Positions 1-10,008 are shown, counted from the first letter of the stretch. The stretch: 61,590 bases of DNA from Longimicrobiales bacterium (GCA_050732695.1 JBOHRL010000079.1:1-61590), one strand, 5' to 3'. Made by a program: numbers and translations. Notes: generated by a model not told the origin, from the sequence alone.

Positions 1-161
1 TGATCGGGGCGTTGTTCGCCGGCGAACTGATGCAGCGGGCGACGGTGGCTGGGACGACGAATTACTTCATCGTGTTCCTCGTGCCGGGCATCATCACACT
101 CCTCTGTGCGCTGGCCTTCGCGGCGACGGTGAGGCCGGAGCAGAACAGAGCTGTGTCGTGA
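1..161 (+). CDS. 3' end of a membrane (transporter-like) protein, partial at the window edge
   Basis: Open frame from position 3 to the TGA at 159-161. It encodes IGALFAGELMQRATVAGTTNYFIVFLVPGIITLLCALAFAATVRPEQNRAVS, which looks like a C-terminal hydrophobic helix. Codon bias matches the rest of the window. Confidence 0.35.
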   Translation, partial: IGALFAGELMQRATVAGTTNYFIVFLVPGIITLLCALAFAATVRPEQNRAVS

Positions 162-519
162 CCGTGAACCAGGTCGAGGTCCGCGAGCAGATCATCGCGC
201 CCCGCACGTCCCGCTTCGACGAGGGCGTGTTTGTAGGCGTACGCGGTGGCTGCCGAGCGAGAGGAACGGGCCGGAACCGGATGCCCGACCCTGCCCGAGC
301 CCGACGCCGGCCCGAAGTCCTGGAGACCGCCTGCCCATGACCCTCCCGTGCGAGCATAACACCCCGAACTTCCCATCGCGCTTTGGAGTGGACCCTGCCG
401 GGCTGGCATGTTCCGCGCGCGGCCCGCCGCCGCGCGAGTCTCGCGGTGATCCTGACCGCGCGTGGGGGATTCGCCGCGCTGAACGCGGTCAGATCCCCAC
501 GGACGGCCGTCGAGCTCGA

Positions 520-1776
520 GTGAATCCTCCGTTCAAGGCTCATCCGGCTGCCGGTGTTCGGAGCGCCATCGCCGCAGTGGTAGCGGCGGCTTCAGCGCTG
601 GTTCTGGCCTGCGCTCCGGACTCTGGGAGTGAGGACTCGGTTGTTGCGCGGGACAGCGCGGGCATCGCGATCATCGAGAGTCGGTCACCCACTTGGACTA
701 CGCAGCAGGGCTGGAGTCTGGGTGAGTCGCCCCGCCTCCAGGTGGGGCTACGCGATGGTTCGGCTGATCAGGAATTCAGTACAGTGATCGATGCCGCATT
801 GCTGCCAGACGGTGTCCTTGTTGTTGCGGACCTCGGTTCGAACGAGTTGCGATTCTTCGCGCCCGGGCCTCGCCACATCCGAACTGTGGGACGCACGGGT
901 CGCGGACCGATGGAGTTCATGGCGTTGCGCAGCGTCGAAGTCGTCGGTGATTCGCTGTATGTGTTTGATGCATCGCTCGACCGGCTTTCGGTTCTGACAT
1001 TGGCTGGCGATCCGATCAGGACGGCAGGCTTCGGGCCGGTCGATCGAATATCGCTGTTCCGATACTCTCTGGTGGGTACTGTCGGAGCAGAGCTGTTATT
1101 CGGTACGCTTTTCTTCCAGCCTGTTCCTCGAAGACCTGCGGCCGTATATGCGGATTCGGCGCCCAATCTCGTCTACTCGCAGGACGGCCGCCCAGCAGGA
1201 ACTCTCGGAGAACCCGTCCGCATGGACCTGTTCGGCGAAACCGACGGAGGTGGCCCACAGCCGTTCGGCCGGATGAGTGCACTCGATACAGACGGAAGCA
1301 GTCTGTTCATAGGGGACGGCGCGACCTACGAGATCCGCGTGTATTCCGCGATCGGTGAACTCGTCCGCATCATTCGCCGCGCTTGGGAGCCACAACGGGT
1401 CACGCCCGTACTCGTTGACGAATTGGTCCGTATGCAGATGGACCTTTACGGAGTTGCTGAAGGTGACGCGCGGGCGGCGGCAATTCGCGAACCGTTCGAG
1501 CGCCTCCCGCTGCCGGAGCACACGCCCGCGTTCGGACAACTGGTTGTTGCCTCGAGTGGCCACATCTGGACCCAGGACTACCGGCCAGTCGAGGACGGCG
1601 GTGACAAACAGTGGAGCGTGTTCGATCCTCAAGGAAGATGGCTCGGGCGAGTGAGCGTGCCCGGTCGCCATCGCCTGCTCGATGCAGGCCCGGACTATAT
1701 CCTTGGTATCTGGCGGGATGATCTCGGTGTCGAGTCGGTCCGCGTCTACGACATCGAAGTGCCATACGGCGGCTGA
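520..1776 (+). CDS. NHL/6-bladed beta-propeller-like lipoprotein; paralogue of the 49181-50221 protein
   Basis: ORF 337-1776. The proposed GTG start at 520 gives a lipoprotein signal VNPPFKAHPAAGVRSAIAAVVAAASALVLAC. Repeated DGxLxVAD / VxDxxxxRLxVL strands (DGVLVVADLGSNELRFF, LYVFDASLDRLSVL, SSLFIGDGATYEIRVY) mirror those of the 49181-50221 protein. Confidence 0.55.
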   Translation: MNPPFKAHPAAGVRSAIAAVVAAASALVLACAPDSGSEDSVVARDSAGIAIIESRSPTWTTQQGWSLGESPRLQVGLRDGSADQEFSTVIDAALLPDGVLVVADLGSNELRFFAPGPRHIRTVGRTGRGPMEFMALRSVEVVGDSLYVFDASLDRLSVLTLAGDPIRTAGFGPVDRISLFRYSLVGTVGAELLFGTLFFQPVPRRPAAVYADSAPNLVYSQDGRPAGTLGEPVRMDLFGETDGGGPQPFGRMSALDTDGSSLFIGDGATYEIRVYSAIGELVRIIRRAWEPQRVTPVLVDELVRMQMDLYGVAEGDARAAAIREPFERLPLPEHTPAFGQLVVASSGHIWTQDYRPVEDGGDKQWSVFDPQGRWLGRVSVPGRHRLLDAGPDYILGIWRDDLGVESVRVYDIEVPYGG

Positions 1777-2066
1777 GCGCCGGAAAAGCGCTCCGATTCG
1801 CGACGGCAACGCTCGCGGGCCGACTGCACGCGAGACACAATGCGCGCTGGCAGGATCACCACATTTCGCTGCGACCCGGGACGGAAACGGCGAAGTTCCC
1901 CCGGGCCCGCGTTCACCACGAGACGTGGAGTGTTCCTGGCGTGCTCGACCGTGACAGCAAGAGATCCGAATCGTGTCCTGATGCGGTCATTCGGCACGCA
2001 GGGAATCCACGGGATCGATTCGGGCTGCCCGCCGCGCGGGCAGGAAGCTCGCGGCGGTGACTGCTG

Positions 2067-3376
2067 TCAGCGTTGCCACCGTTGCAACGGCGAGCGCAAG
2101 CGGGTCTGCGGCAAATTGATTCCCCAGAGAAATCCTCGAATGAAGCGCATGAATGTGAAACTGGCGAGCAGGCCGATGCTGATTCCGGCTGCCGCTAGGC
2201 GGAACCCGTCGCTGAGCACGAGCGAGAAGAGGTCGCGTGTCTGTGCACCGATGGCGAGCCGGATGCCCATCTCGCGACGACGCCGTTTCGCGCTTTGCGC
2301 GATGGAACCATAGATGCCCAGGACGGCCAGCAGCAGGGCACCTCCACCGAACAGTGTAGCGGCCGTGGCGAGAGCCTCACGAGTTGCAACAGCGCTTCGA
2401 GCGGCGGACCGTGTCGTCTGGATCCCGGTGGGGGCGACACCGGATGAACATCGGCTATTTGACCGCGCTATTCGCGGCAAAGTCGACATGTCGTGGTTTC
2501 GCGCTCGCCGGATGTCGAGGATGCAATGAATCGTCGCTGCGAAGCCGGCGGGTCACGGTTCAGTCGGATGACGAAAGCAACGTGCGATTGCGGGCGCTCC
2601 GCGAAAGGTAGGTAGAACGCAGTCCCGATCTCGCTCTCGAATCCGCGCACCCGAATATCCCTTGCAACTCCCGCAATTCGGCGCGTCTCGGGTTCCGCGT
2701 TGGAACCGATCCGAAGGCGAACCCGTTCACCCACGACGTCCGCGTGCCCGAACAGTTCGAGCGCGAGCTGCCGGCTCAGGACAACCGTTGCATCGGCCAT
2801 GTTGCCGGGTCGGATTCCGACACCGGCAAAGAGCGGTACGCCGAGCGAAGCGAAGAAAGCATCCGATACGTACGTCACCGGGGCGCTGACGTAACGATCG
2901 TCTTCGGCCCGATCGCCCGGCCACAAGCGGGGAGCAAAGAGCATACCCTCGCCAAGTGGCAATTGTGAGCGGCCAACTCGCCACCGCCGCCGGGAGAGAT
3001 GCGATCCGTGGTGGATCTGCCGCGAATACCGCGGCCAAATCACAACCGGCGCCGGGCGGGACGCTCTCCGTGGTGGATCTGCCGCGAATAGCGCGGTCAA
3101 ATCACGACCGCCGCCGGGCGGGATGCGATCCGTGGTGGATCTGCCGCGGATCCAGCGTCGGCTGGACCGACCACACGCGATCGCCCTGCATCGTGGACCT
3201 CTTCTCACGCGGAGACGCTGGGAGGCGGAGTCGCAGAGAACGGACCAGTAGCGAAACGTCAGACGTCTGCGCCGACGGCAAGGTTCGCGGTACGCGGGCT
3301 GTTCACCATGCCGGGGAACAGCGAGTTCTGGCCTGACTGCGTCCTCAGTCCCCCGTAACCAATCCCCCGGCTGCAT
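2067..3376 (-). pseudogene. Decayed MacB-like ABC permease: second periplasmic core domain plus C-terminal FtsX domain, split over two frames
   Basis: ORF 2468-3376 contains a MacB_PCD-like segment (YVSDAFFASLGVPLFAGVGIRPGN...VVLSRQLALELFGHADVVGERVRL...IAGVARDIRVRGFESEIGTAFYLPFAE). It aligns with the second PCD of the full-length permease at 39593-42013. ORF 2067-2489, in another frame, carries the FtsX C-terminus (ALLLAVLGIYGSIAQSAKRRRREMGIRLAIGAQTRDLFSLVLSDGFRLAAAGISIGLLASF). The total span is ~1.3 kb against ~2.4 kb expected, so the N-terminal half is missing. A 63-bp tandem repeat sits in the 5' part. Confidence 0.45.
2986..3160. repeat. Tandem direct repeat, ~63-bp unit, ~2.8 copies
   Basis: Unit ...GCCGGGCGGGAYGCNNTCCGTGGTGGATCTGCCGCGAATASCGCGGYCAAATCACRAC repeated head to tail at ~2986-3048, 3049-3111 and 3112-3160 with few substitutions. 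Confidence 0.7.
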
Positions 3377-6300
3377 GCCCGACCTTCGGCTTGCGCCCCA
3401 GAACCTTCATCGTCGCCCACTCCTTCCACTCGTCAAGGATCTCATAAACGGTTGGAATTACGATGAGCGTGAGTAACGTCGATGTTATGACTCCGCCGAT
3501 GACGGCGCGGCCGAGCGGAGCGCGGAAGTCGGCGCCCTCGCCGAGTCCGAGGGCGACGGGAGTCATGCCGGCAATGAGTGCGAACGATGTCATGACGATG
3601 GGTCGCAGGCGGATGCGGCCGGCTTCGATCAACGCTTCTCTGCGAGTCATGCCGCGTTCGCGTCCCCATTTCGCGAAGTCGATGAGCAGGATCGCGTTCT
3701 TGGCGACGATGCCCATGAGCAGCATGACGCCGATCATGCTCATCAGGTTGAGCGTGGTGTTGGTGACGAGCAGGGCGAGGACGACGCCGATGAGGCTGAG
3801 CGGCAGCGAAACCATGATGCCGATCGGGTCGAGGAACGAGCCGAACTGCACGACGAGGATGAGATACATGAGCATGAGCGCGAAGCCGATGGCGGCGAAC
3901 ATCTCGATGAAGACTTCGTTCTGCTGTTCGAACTGGCCGCCGGGTGTGAAGCGGTAGCCGGCAGGAAGATCGAGTTGCTGAAGCCGCGCCTGGATCTCGG
4001 TCGAGACTTCGCCGAGTGAACGGCCCTGGGTGTTGGCCCCGATGGTGACGACCTTCTCGCGGTCGAGATGGTTGATCTGAGCGGGGCCAAGACCCGCCTC
4101 GATGGTTGCGACCTGTTCGAGCGGCACGATGGCTGGCGGTGAGCCGGGCTCGCCGCCGGGCAGCACGAGCGGAAGCTGCCGGATGTCCTCGGGACGACGC
4201 CTTGCTTGCGGTGAAAGGCGAACCATGACGTCGCGCGTCTCGCCATCGGGATCGATCCAGTCACCGGCATCGATGCCGGCGAAGGCGGGCCGCATGGCCT
4301 GCGCGATCTGGCCGATGCTGAGACCGAGCGAGCCGGCGAGGCCCCGTTGGATGCGGACGGTCAGTTCGGGCTTCTGGCCGCGCGTGGACAGGCCGACATC
4401 GACGGCATTCGGCACATCGCGGATGATGTCGGCGGCCTGTTCGGCAAGACTGGTGAGCGTCGTCGCGTCGGGCCCACGCAAGTCGAACTGGACCTCCTTC
4501 TGTGCATCACCGAAGCCGCTCGAGGAGACCCACGCTTGCGCGCCGCCCACACGCCGGATCTCCTCGCGGAGCGTGCCCGCAAACTCGTACTGGCTGACAT
4601 CGCGCTCTGCGCGCGGGACAAGCCGAACGTAGATGTTGGCCTGATCGACTGCACTGGCGCCGGCCACCCACGTCGTTCCGCTGGCGCCGACGGTCACGTA
4701 CGTGTACTGGACCTCGGGGTGTGCCCGCACCGTGCGCGCGACTTCCTCTGCCTTGATGCGCGTGTACTCGAGATTCGAGCCGGGCGCCGTCTCGACACCG
4801 ATGTTGATCTCGCTCCGGTCACTGTTGGGCACGAAGCCGAACCCGCCGAACACGACCTGGATGACGAGGGCGCCGATCATCGACAGGGCGGCAATGCCGA
4901 TCATGGCGAGGCGGTGGTCGAGGGCCCAGCCGATAACACGTTTGTACGAATCGGCCTGGCGATCGAACCAGTCATTGAACCGGCCGAGCAGGCGCGAGAT
5001 GGGATTCCTGCGTTCCTTCTTCTCGAGCTGCGGATCGTACCAGTACGCCGAGAGCATTGGATCGAGCGAGAACGAGACCAGCAACGAGACGAGCACGGCG
5101 CATGCGATGGTGAGCGCCATCGGCTTGAACCACTGGCCGGCTTCGCCTTCAATGAATGCGATGGGCAGGAACACGATCACGATCGAGAACGTGGTTGCCG
5201 TGACTGCGAGCCCGATCTCTTCCGTGGCCTCGCGAGCCGCGCGCAGGTGGTCCTTCCCCATCTGGATGTGGCGGACGATGTTCTCGCGCACGACAATCGC
5301 ATCATCGATGAGCACGCCGATCGCGAGCGACAGGCCCAGTAACGACATGGTATTCAGAGTGAAGCCGAACGCATAGACGGCAATGAAGGCAGACAGCACA
5401 CTGATGGGCAGTGCGAGCCCGGTGATGACCGTGGACCGCCACGAGTTCAGGAACACGAAGACGACGAGGATGGTCAGGATCGCGCCATCGATGAGCATCT
5501 CCTGGACGTTCGAGACGGAGTCCTCTACGCGGTCGCCGGCATCGGTCACGATGGAAACCTCGACATCGGCCGGTAACGAAGGTCGCAACTGGTCAATGCG
5601 CGCCTTGATTTCGTTTGCGACGGTGGTCGTGGACGTGCCATCGGACTTGAGGATGTCGAGGCCGACGGCGGGCCGGCCGTTGAAGAGTGCGGCAGAGCGC
5701 GCCTCTTCGGCGCCATCGCGGATGTCCGCGACCTGACCGAGCCGGATGATCTGACGATTCCGCTCGGCGACGACGAGCTGCTCGAACTCGGCGGGGCCGG
5801 CAAGGCGGCCTTCGAGCCGGATCGTACGCTCATCGATGTCACTGCTGACCCGTCCGACAGGCGCGGCCAGGTTCTGTGACTGGATGGCCTGCACGACATC
5901 CGCGACGCTCACGCCGGCTGCGCGGAGATCCGCGGGTCGCAGTTCGACTGTGAGTTCGCGCTCGGCGCCGCCGACGACGCGGACCGTGGCAACGCCCGCA
6001 ATGGAACGCAGCTCGCGCGTGATGCGAGGATCGGCAATGGCGGTCAGATCCGCCTGGGACAGCGTGTTCGACGACAGTGTGAGCGAGATGACGGGCAGGT
6101 CGCTCGGATCGAATCGCCCGAAGATCGGTTCCTCGATTTCAGGCGGCAGATCGCCGCGGATGCTCGATACCGCATCGCGCACATCCTGGGCTGCCTGGTC
6201 CACGCCCTTCGAGAAGACGAAGAACGTGATGATCTGGCCGAATCCGTCGAGCGATGTCGATTGCATGCGATCGACGCCGTTGATGCCTGCAATGGCTTCC

Positions 6301-6503
6301 TCGACGGGGTCGATCACTTCGCGTTCGACGACATCAGGCGATGCGCCGGGGTAGGGGATCGAGACCGTGACGACCGGACTCTGGATATCCGGGAATTCGT
6401 CGACCTCGAGACGCATGAGGGCGTACAGTCCGAAGGCAACGAGCGCAATCATCGACACGACGGTGATGATCGGACGACGAATCGAGAAATCCGAGATGAA
6501 CAC
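3345..6503 (-). CDS. RND multidrug efflux transporter, inner-membrane pump (AcrB/HAE1 family)
   Basis: 1052 aa. N-terminus MFISDFSIRRPIITVVSMIALVAFG, with RND hallmark blocks and 12-TM organisation. Follows the MFP gene on the same strand. Confidence 0.95.
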   Translation of the reverse strand: MFISDFSIRRPIITVVSMIALVAFGLYALMRLEVDEFPDIQSPVVTVSIPYPGASPDVVEREVIDPVEEAIAGINGVDRMQSTSLDGFGQIITFFVFSKGVDQAAQDVRDAVSSIRGDLPPEIEEPIFGRFDPSDLPVISLTLSSNTLSQADLTAIADPRITRELRSIAGVATVRVVGGAERELTVELRPADLRAAGVSVADVVQAIQSQNLAAPVGRVSSDIDERTIRLEGRLAGPAEFEQLVVAERNRQIIRLGQVADIRDGAEEARSAALFNGRPAVGLDILKSDGTSTTTVANEIKARIDQLRPSLPADVEVSIVTDAGDRVEDSVSNVQEMLIDGAILTILVVFVFLNSWRSTVITGLALPISVLSAFIAVYAFGFTLNTMSLLGLSLAIGVLIDDAIVVRENIVRHIQMGKDHLRAAREATEEIGLAVTATTFSIVIVFLPIAFIEGEAGQWFKPMALTIACAVLVSLLVSFSLDPMLSAYWYDPQLEKKERRNPISRLLGRFNDWFDRQADSYKRVIGWALDHRLAMIGIAALSMIGALVIQVVFGGFGFVPNSDRSEINIGVETAPGSNLEYTRIKAEEVARTVRAHPEVQYTYVTVGASGTTWVAGASAVDQANIYVRLVPRAERDVSQYEFAGTLREEIRRVGGAQAWVSSSGFGDAQKEVQFDLRGPDATTLTSLAEQAADIIRDVPNAVDVGLSTRGQKPELTVRIQRGLAGSLGLSIGQIAQAMRPAFAGIDAGDWIDPDGETRDVMVRLSPQARRRPEDIRQLPLVLPGGEPGSPPAIVPLEQVATIEAGLGPAQINHLDREKVVTIGANTQGRSLGEVSTEIQARLQQLDLPAGYRFTPGGQFEQQNEVFIEMFAAIGFALMLMYLILVVQFGSFLDPIGIMVSLPLSLIGVVLALLVTNTTLNLMSMIGVMLLMGIVAKNAILLIDFAKWGRERGMTRREALIEAGRIRLRPIVMTSFALIAGMTPVALGLGEGADFRAPLGRAVIGGVITSTLLTLIVIPTVYEILDEWKEWATMKVLGRKPKVGHAAGGLVTGD

Positions 6504-6563
6504 GCGTGCCTCCTATGCGCCGGGACGACAGATCGAGGAATCCGAGCCTACCACGCGTGCCTC

Positions 6564-7703
6564 TTAACGTTCGACGGCCGGAGAGTCGGCAAGCGACTGA
6601 ATCCGGACCGGCGTTCCCGGTGTGTACCCCTGAGCGGCGCCTGCGAGCAGCGTATCACCGAGTGCCAGGCCCGAGACGACCTCGATCCGTTCCGCCTGCT
6701 CGTCGCGAATCCCGGTCTGCACGTTGACGCGTTCGATCGTGCCGTTCCTGATGCGCAGGACACTGGCCCCGCTGGAGCTGATCTGAACCGCATTGAGCGG
6801 TGCGGCCAACGCGCGTTTCGCGTCGGTGCCGATGCGGCCCTGTGCGAACACGCCTCCCAGGAGATGGCCGCCCGCGTTCGGGATCGAGACCATCACGCCG
6901 ACCTGGCCCGTCGCTGGATCGACCGTCGGGTTGATGCGCGTGATCTCGCCGGAGAAGATGCGTTCGCCGTAGCCATTGACCGTGAAGTCCACAGGTGCGC
7001 CGATGCGCAGCTTGCCGATTTCCGATGCCGATACGGCGGCCTCGAGCCGCATGCCCGTCGGGTCCACAACCGTGAACAGGGGCAGGCCCGGCGAAACGAC
7101 ATCGCCTGCACTGACCGCTCGCTCGCTCACGATGCCGGTGATCGGCGCAAGGACGCGCGTGCTCTCGAGCTGTTTCTGCGCCTGCGCGAGACGGGCATTC
7201 GCGTCCGCGTGCTGCGCTTCCGCCGTTGTCGCCGCGACGCGGGCCGCCTCGAGGTCACGCTCGGCGATGGCGCCGGCTTCCGCCAGTCGTGTCGCACGCT
7301 CTGCATTGCGGCGCGCGACGCTCGCCGCCTGCTGCGCGGTTGTGACCGCCGACTGAGCCGAGAAGAACGCGTCGCGAATCGCCGTATCCTCGATGCGCGC
7401 AAGCGACGTCCCGACGCGAACACGCTGGCCGACTTCCGCCAGCGTCTGTAGAACCGTGCCGCCGACTTCCGCACGGATCGATGCCGCGCGCTCCGGCTGG
7501 AGCGATCCGGACAGCGATGGACCGCTCGCCAGATCGACCGAATCCACGACCACGATGTTCTCCGGACCGACCAGCACTGCTGTATCTTCATTAGCCATTT
7601 CCCCCTCGCTGCCGCCGCCGCACGCGGCCAACGTCACGCTCATGACGAGCGCGGCCGCCCTGCGCGTTGCCGTGAGGCGATGCACTGCTGTTTCCCGCTT
7701 CAC
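6564..7703 (-). CDS. RND efflux membrane fusion protein (AcrA/HlyD family periplasmic adaptor lipoprotein)
   Basis: 379 aa with lipoprotein signal (LVMSVTLAACGGG), a coiled-coil hairpin (QQAASVARRNAERATRLAEAGAIAERDLEAARVAATTAEAQ) and beta-barrel/MP domains. Overlaps the TolC stop by 4 nt. Confidence 0.9.
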   Translation of the reverse strand: MKRETAVHRLTATRRAAALVMSVTLAACGGGSEGEMANEDTAVLVGPENIVVVDSVDLASGPSLSGSLQPERAASIRAEVGGTVLQTLAEVGQRVRVGTSLARIEDTAIRDAFFSAQSAVTTAQQAASVARRNAERATRLAEAGAIAERDLEAARVAATTAEAQHADANARLAQAQKQLESTRVLAPITGIVSERAVSAGDVVSPGLPLFTVVDPTGMRLEAAVSASEIGKLRIGAPVDFTVNGYGERIFSGEITRINPTVDPATGQVGVMVSIPNAGGHLLGGVFAQGRIGTDAKRALAAPLNAVQISSSGASVLRIRNGTIERVNVQTGIRDEQAERIEVVSGLALGDTLLAGAAQGYTPGTPVRIQSLADSPAVER

Positions 7704-9352
7704 CGCTGTCCTCCTCCCGTCATGCCACTTGCCGTGCGCACCGTCTGTGTTCCTGTCTGCGTTTGTGGCACGGACTGTTGCGGTTGCACCTGTTGCACAG
7801 GCATTGGCGCGGCGCGAGCAGCGGTCTCCCCAGTCGAGAGCGGCAGGAACGGTAACAATGCGTTACGCAGCATCGCGATCTGGAGATCACGCGCGGCCTG
7901 CGCCCGGTTAGCCTGCGCCTGTTGTTGCAGGATTCGCGAGTCGGTGAGTTCCAGCTGAGTCGAAATACCTTCACGGTACCTGACCCCGGCAATCGCGTAC
8001 GCGCGCGCTGCCTGCTCGACCGTACCCGCACTCGCCTGCCACGCAGACCTCGCCGCTGCCAGCCGCGCCGACGCATCCCGCGTATCCAGCGCGGTCAATT
8101 CGCGCGTCATGTCGAGGCGTGCCCGCGCCTCTTCGAGATTCGCACGTGCAACGGCCTCATCGCCGCTGATCCTGAATCCGGTGAAGATCGGCAGCTGGAT
8201 GCTCGCCGAGATCGATGAATTCGTACGGTACGGGACATTGAACGGGTTGCCATTCTCGGGATACCCGACGCGGCCGTAGGACAGGGCGACCGTCAGCGAG
8301 GGCAGACGCTGTGCTCTGGCCACGCGCACAAGACCCTGCTGAACGCGTACGCCCTGCTCTGCCTGCTGGACCGGAACACGTGCGGCCGCGGTGTCCAGCT
8401 CCACATCAAGGATCTGACTCGCAAGCCGCACGATACCTCCCATGCCGACCTGCTCATCATCGAGGTCGGTCGTCAACAGGATCGATGTGTCAGCCGGCAG
8501 ATTGAGCAACTGCTTCAGGCGCAGCATCGCAAGATCGCGGTCCGCACGCCGCTGGATCACGAGCGGTTCCTGCGTCGAGCGTGTGACCTGGGCGCGCAAC
8601 AATTCGAACTCCGACTGATCACCCACATCGCGTGCAAGACGAACCTGCGACAGCGTGGTTTCCGCCTGCTCGAGCGTCGCCTCGGAGATGACGAACAACC
8701 GCTGCGCAAGCGCCGCATCGTAATACGCACTCGCCACCTCGAGGACGAGCTGCGCCCGCTCCGCTGCAAGCACGAGTTCCGCCGTGCGACGCCCCGCTGC
8801 CGCGACCTGGCTCTGCGCCTGAACGCGGCCACCCGAGAAGATCGTCTGACTCACCGTCAGATCGAATCGCCAGATGTTCTCACGGCCGAACGGAAGATCG
8901 CTGAACGAACCGAACGGGTCCTCCCGCGACTGGCAGCGCACGGCCGCTTCCAGCGAATCCACCCGCGCCGGCAATGGAAGCACCGGGTCTGGTGTGAATG
9001 TGCCGCAATCGGACGGCGGGGCGTCCGTAGACGTCGTGTCCTGACCGCCACCGCCGAACGACTCGAATTCGCTCGCCAGTGTGCGCGTGAACGATGCCGA
9101 CCCGAATACCTGCGGGTAGTATTCGCTCCTCGCCCGCTGCTGCTCGCCGGCCGATCGCATGACACCCGCACGTGCAATCGCGACACGCTCGCTCGCTGCC
9201 TCCGCCGCTCGCAACGCCGCCTCCAGCGACAGCGACTGCGCCGTGTCAACCGACTGCCCCGACAGCGACGCCGGCACCAGCAACTGCATCGCCACCAACA
9301 CCCCGCTCAACCCGATCGTTCGACCGCTCATTCCACGCCTGACGTCGTTCAT
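7700..9352 (-). CDS. TolC-like outer membrane efflux factor (OMF)
   Basis: Two repeated alpha-helical/beta-barrel halves (TVSQTIFSGGRVQAQ..., LSYGRVGYPENGNPF...). The start is proposed at the internal Met (MNDVRRGMSGRTIGLSGVLVAMQLLVPASLSGQ, a signal peptide) rather than the ORF-track start at 9508. C-terminal Gln/Thr-rich low-complexity tail. Confidence 0.85.
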   Translation of the reverse strand: MNDVRRGMSGRTIGLSGVLVAMQLLVPASLSGQSVDTAQSLSLEAALRAAEAASERVAIARAGVMRSAGEQQRARSEYYPQVFGSASFTRTLASEFESFGGGGQDTTSTDAPPSDCGTFTPDPVLPLPARVDSLEAAVRCQSREDPFGSFSDLPFGRENIWRFDLTVSQTIFSGGRVQAQSQVAAAGRRTAELVLAAERAQLVLEVASAYYDAALAQRLFVISEATLEQAETTLSQVRLARDVGDQSEFELLRAQVTRSTQEPLVIQRRADRDLAMLRLKQLLNLPADTSILLTTDLDDEQVGMGGIVRLASQILDVELDTAAARVPVQQAEQGVRVQQGLVRVARAQRLPSLTVALSYGRVGYPENGNPFNVPYRTNSSISASIQLPIFTGFRISGDEAVARANLEEARARLDMTRELTALDTRDASARLAAARSAWQASAGTVEQAARAYAIAGVRYREGISTQLELTDSRILQQQAQANRAQAARDLQIAMLRNALLPFLPLSTGETAARAAPMPVQQVQPQQSVPQTQTGTQTVRTASGMTGGGQR

Positions 9353-9377
9353 GCTCGCCCCCTCAATACCGTCCGCG

Positions 9378-9959
9378 TCACACTGCGCGTTCCGCTCCGC
9401 CGATCGCTCGCAAGAGCAGGTCCACATACAACGCGGGCGCCTCGTCCATCGTGTAATTGAAAACTTCCGGCATGAAGTCACGCCCCATCGCATCCGAAAA
9501 CAATGCACCGATCAACATCGCCGCACACGCACGTACATCGACATCCCCTGCGACCAGACCGCGCCGCTGAAGCCGAGCCAGATAGCCGCTCAACTCCGCA
9601 TGCACCCGAAGCGGCCGGTCCCGCGCCGCATCCAGCAACTCAGGCCGCTCCTGCGCCTCCCCCATCACCGTCCGGATCATCAGCCGCACACTGTAGAGAT
9701 GCGCCAGCTGGAGCCGACTCCATCCGACCAGTTCCTCACGCACATCGCGCGATTTCCGGGGCAGGTGCGGAAACTCCGCCGTTCGACCCGCCCGCCCGAC
9801 CGCCTCCCGCACCAGCTCTCCCTTCGTTCCGAAGTGACGGAACAACGTGACCTCGTTCACGCCCGCCGCGTCCGCAATCCGCCGCGTGGTCGTCCCGCGA
9901 TACCCCAATTCACCAAACAGCCGCTGTGCCGCATCGAGGATCCGTTCCCGGTTGTCCAT
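9378..9959 (-). CDS. TetR/AcrR-family transcriptional regulator, first gene of the efflux operon
   Basis: MDNRERILDAAQRLFGELGYRGTTTRRIADAAGVNEVTLFRHFGTKGEL is the canonical TetR HTH. The ATG at 9957-9959 is in frame with ORF 9378-10430. It lies 25 bp upstream of tolC on the same strand. Confidence 0.85.
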   Translation of the reverse strand: MDNRERILDAAQRLFGELGYRGTTTRRIADAAGVNEVTLFRHFGTKGELVREAVGRAGRTAEFPHLPRKSRDVREELVGWSRLQLAHLYSVRLMIRTVMGEAQERPELLDAARDRPLRVHAELSGYLARLQRRGLVAGDVDVRACAAMLIGALFSDAMGRDFMPEVFNYTMDEAPALYVDLLLRAIGGAERAV

Positions 9960-9988
9960 GTGGTGAAGATGGCGGCCGGGAGCGGCCT

Positions 9989-10008
9989 GTGCAAGTGCTT
10001 GCTTGCAC
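9989..10008. promoter_or_regulatory. Palindrome GTGCAAG-N6-CTTGCAC in the tetR / ypfJ divergent promoter region; candidate TetR operator
   Basis: Inverted repeat GTGCAAGtgcttgCTTGCAC lies 30 bp upstream of the TetR start codon. Confidence 0.3.

Noticed and set aside
1840-2313. 157-aa plus-strand ORF between the propeller gene and the permease remnant
   Set aside because: The product is Arg/Cys-rich and low-complexity, and it overlaps the FtsX remnant on the opposite strand.
2986-3160. Possibility that the 63-bp tandem repeats or the 20-bp array at 48262-48420 are CRISPR arrays
   Set aside because: The units are contiguous with no unique spacers of regular length. There are no cas genes in the window and the copies are degenerate rather than identical.
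4347-5342. Long plus-strand ORFs inside the acrB gene (4347-5342, 4702-5376, 5836-6354, 3463-3957)
   Set aside because: They lie antisense to a high-confidence RND pump gene and encode Arg/Ala/Ser-rich low-complexity products typical of high-GC antisense frames.
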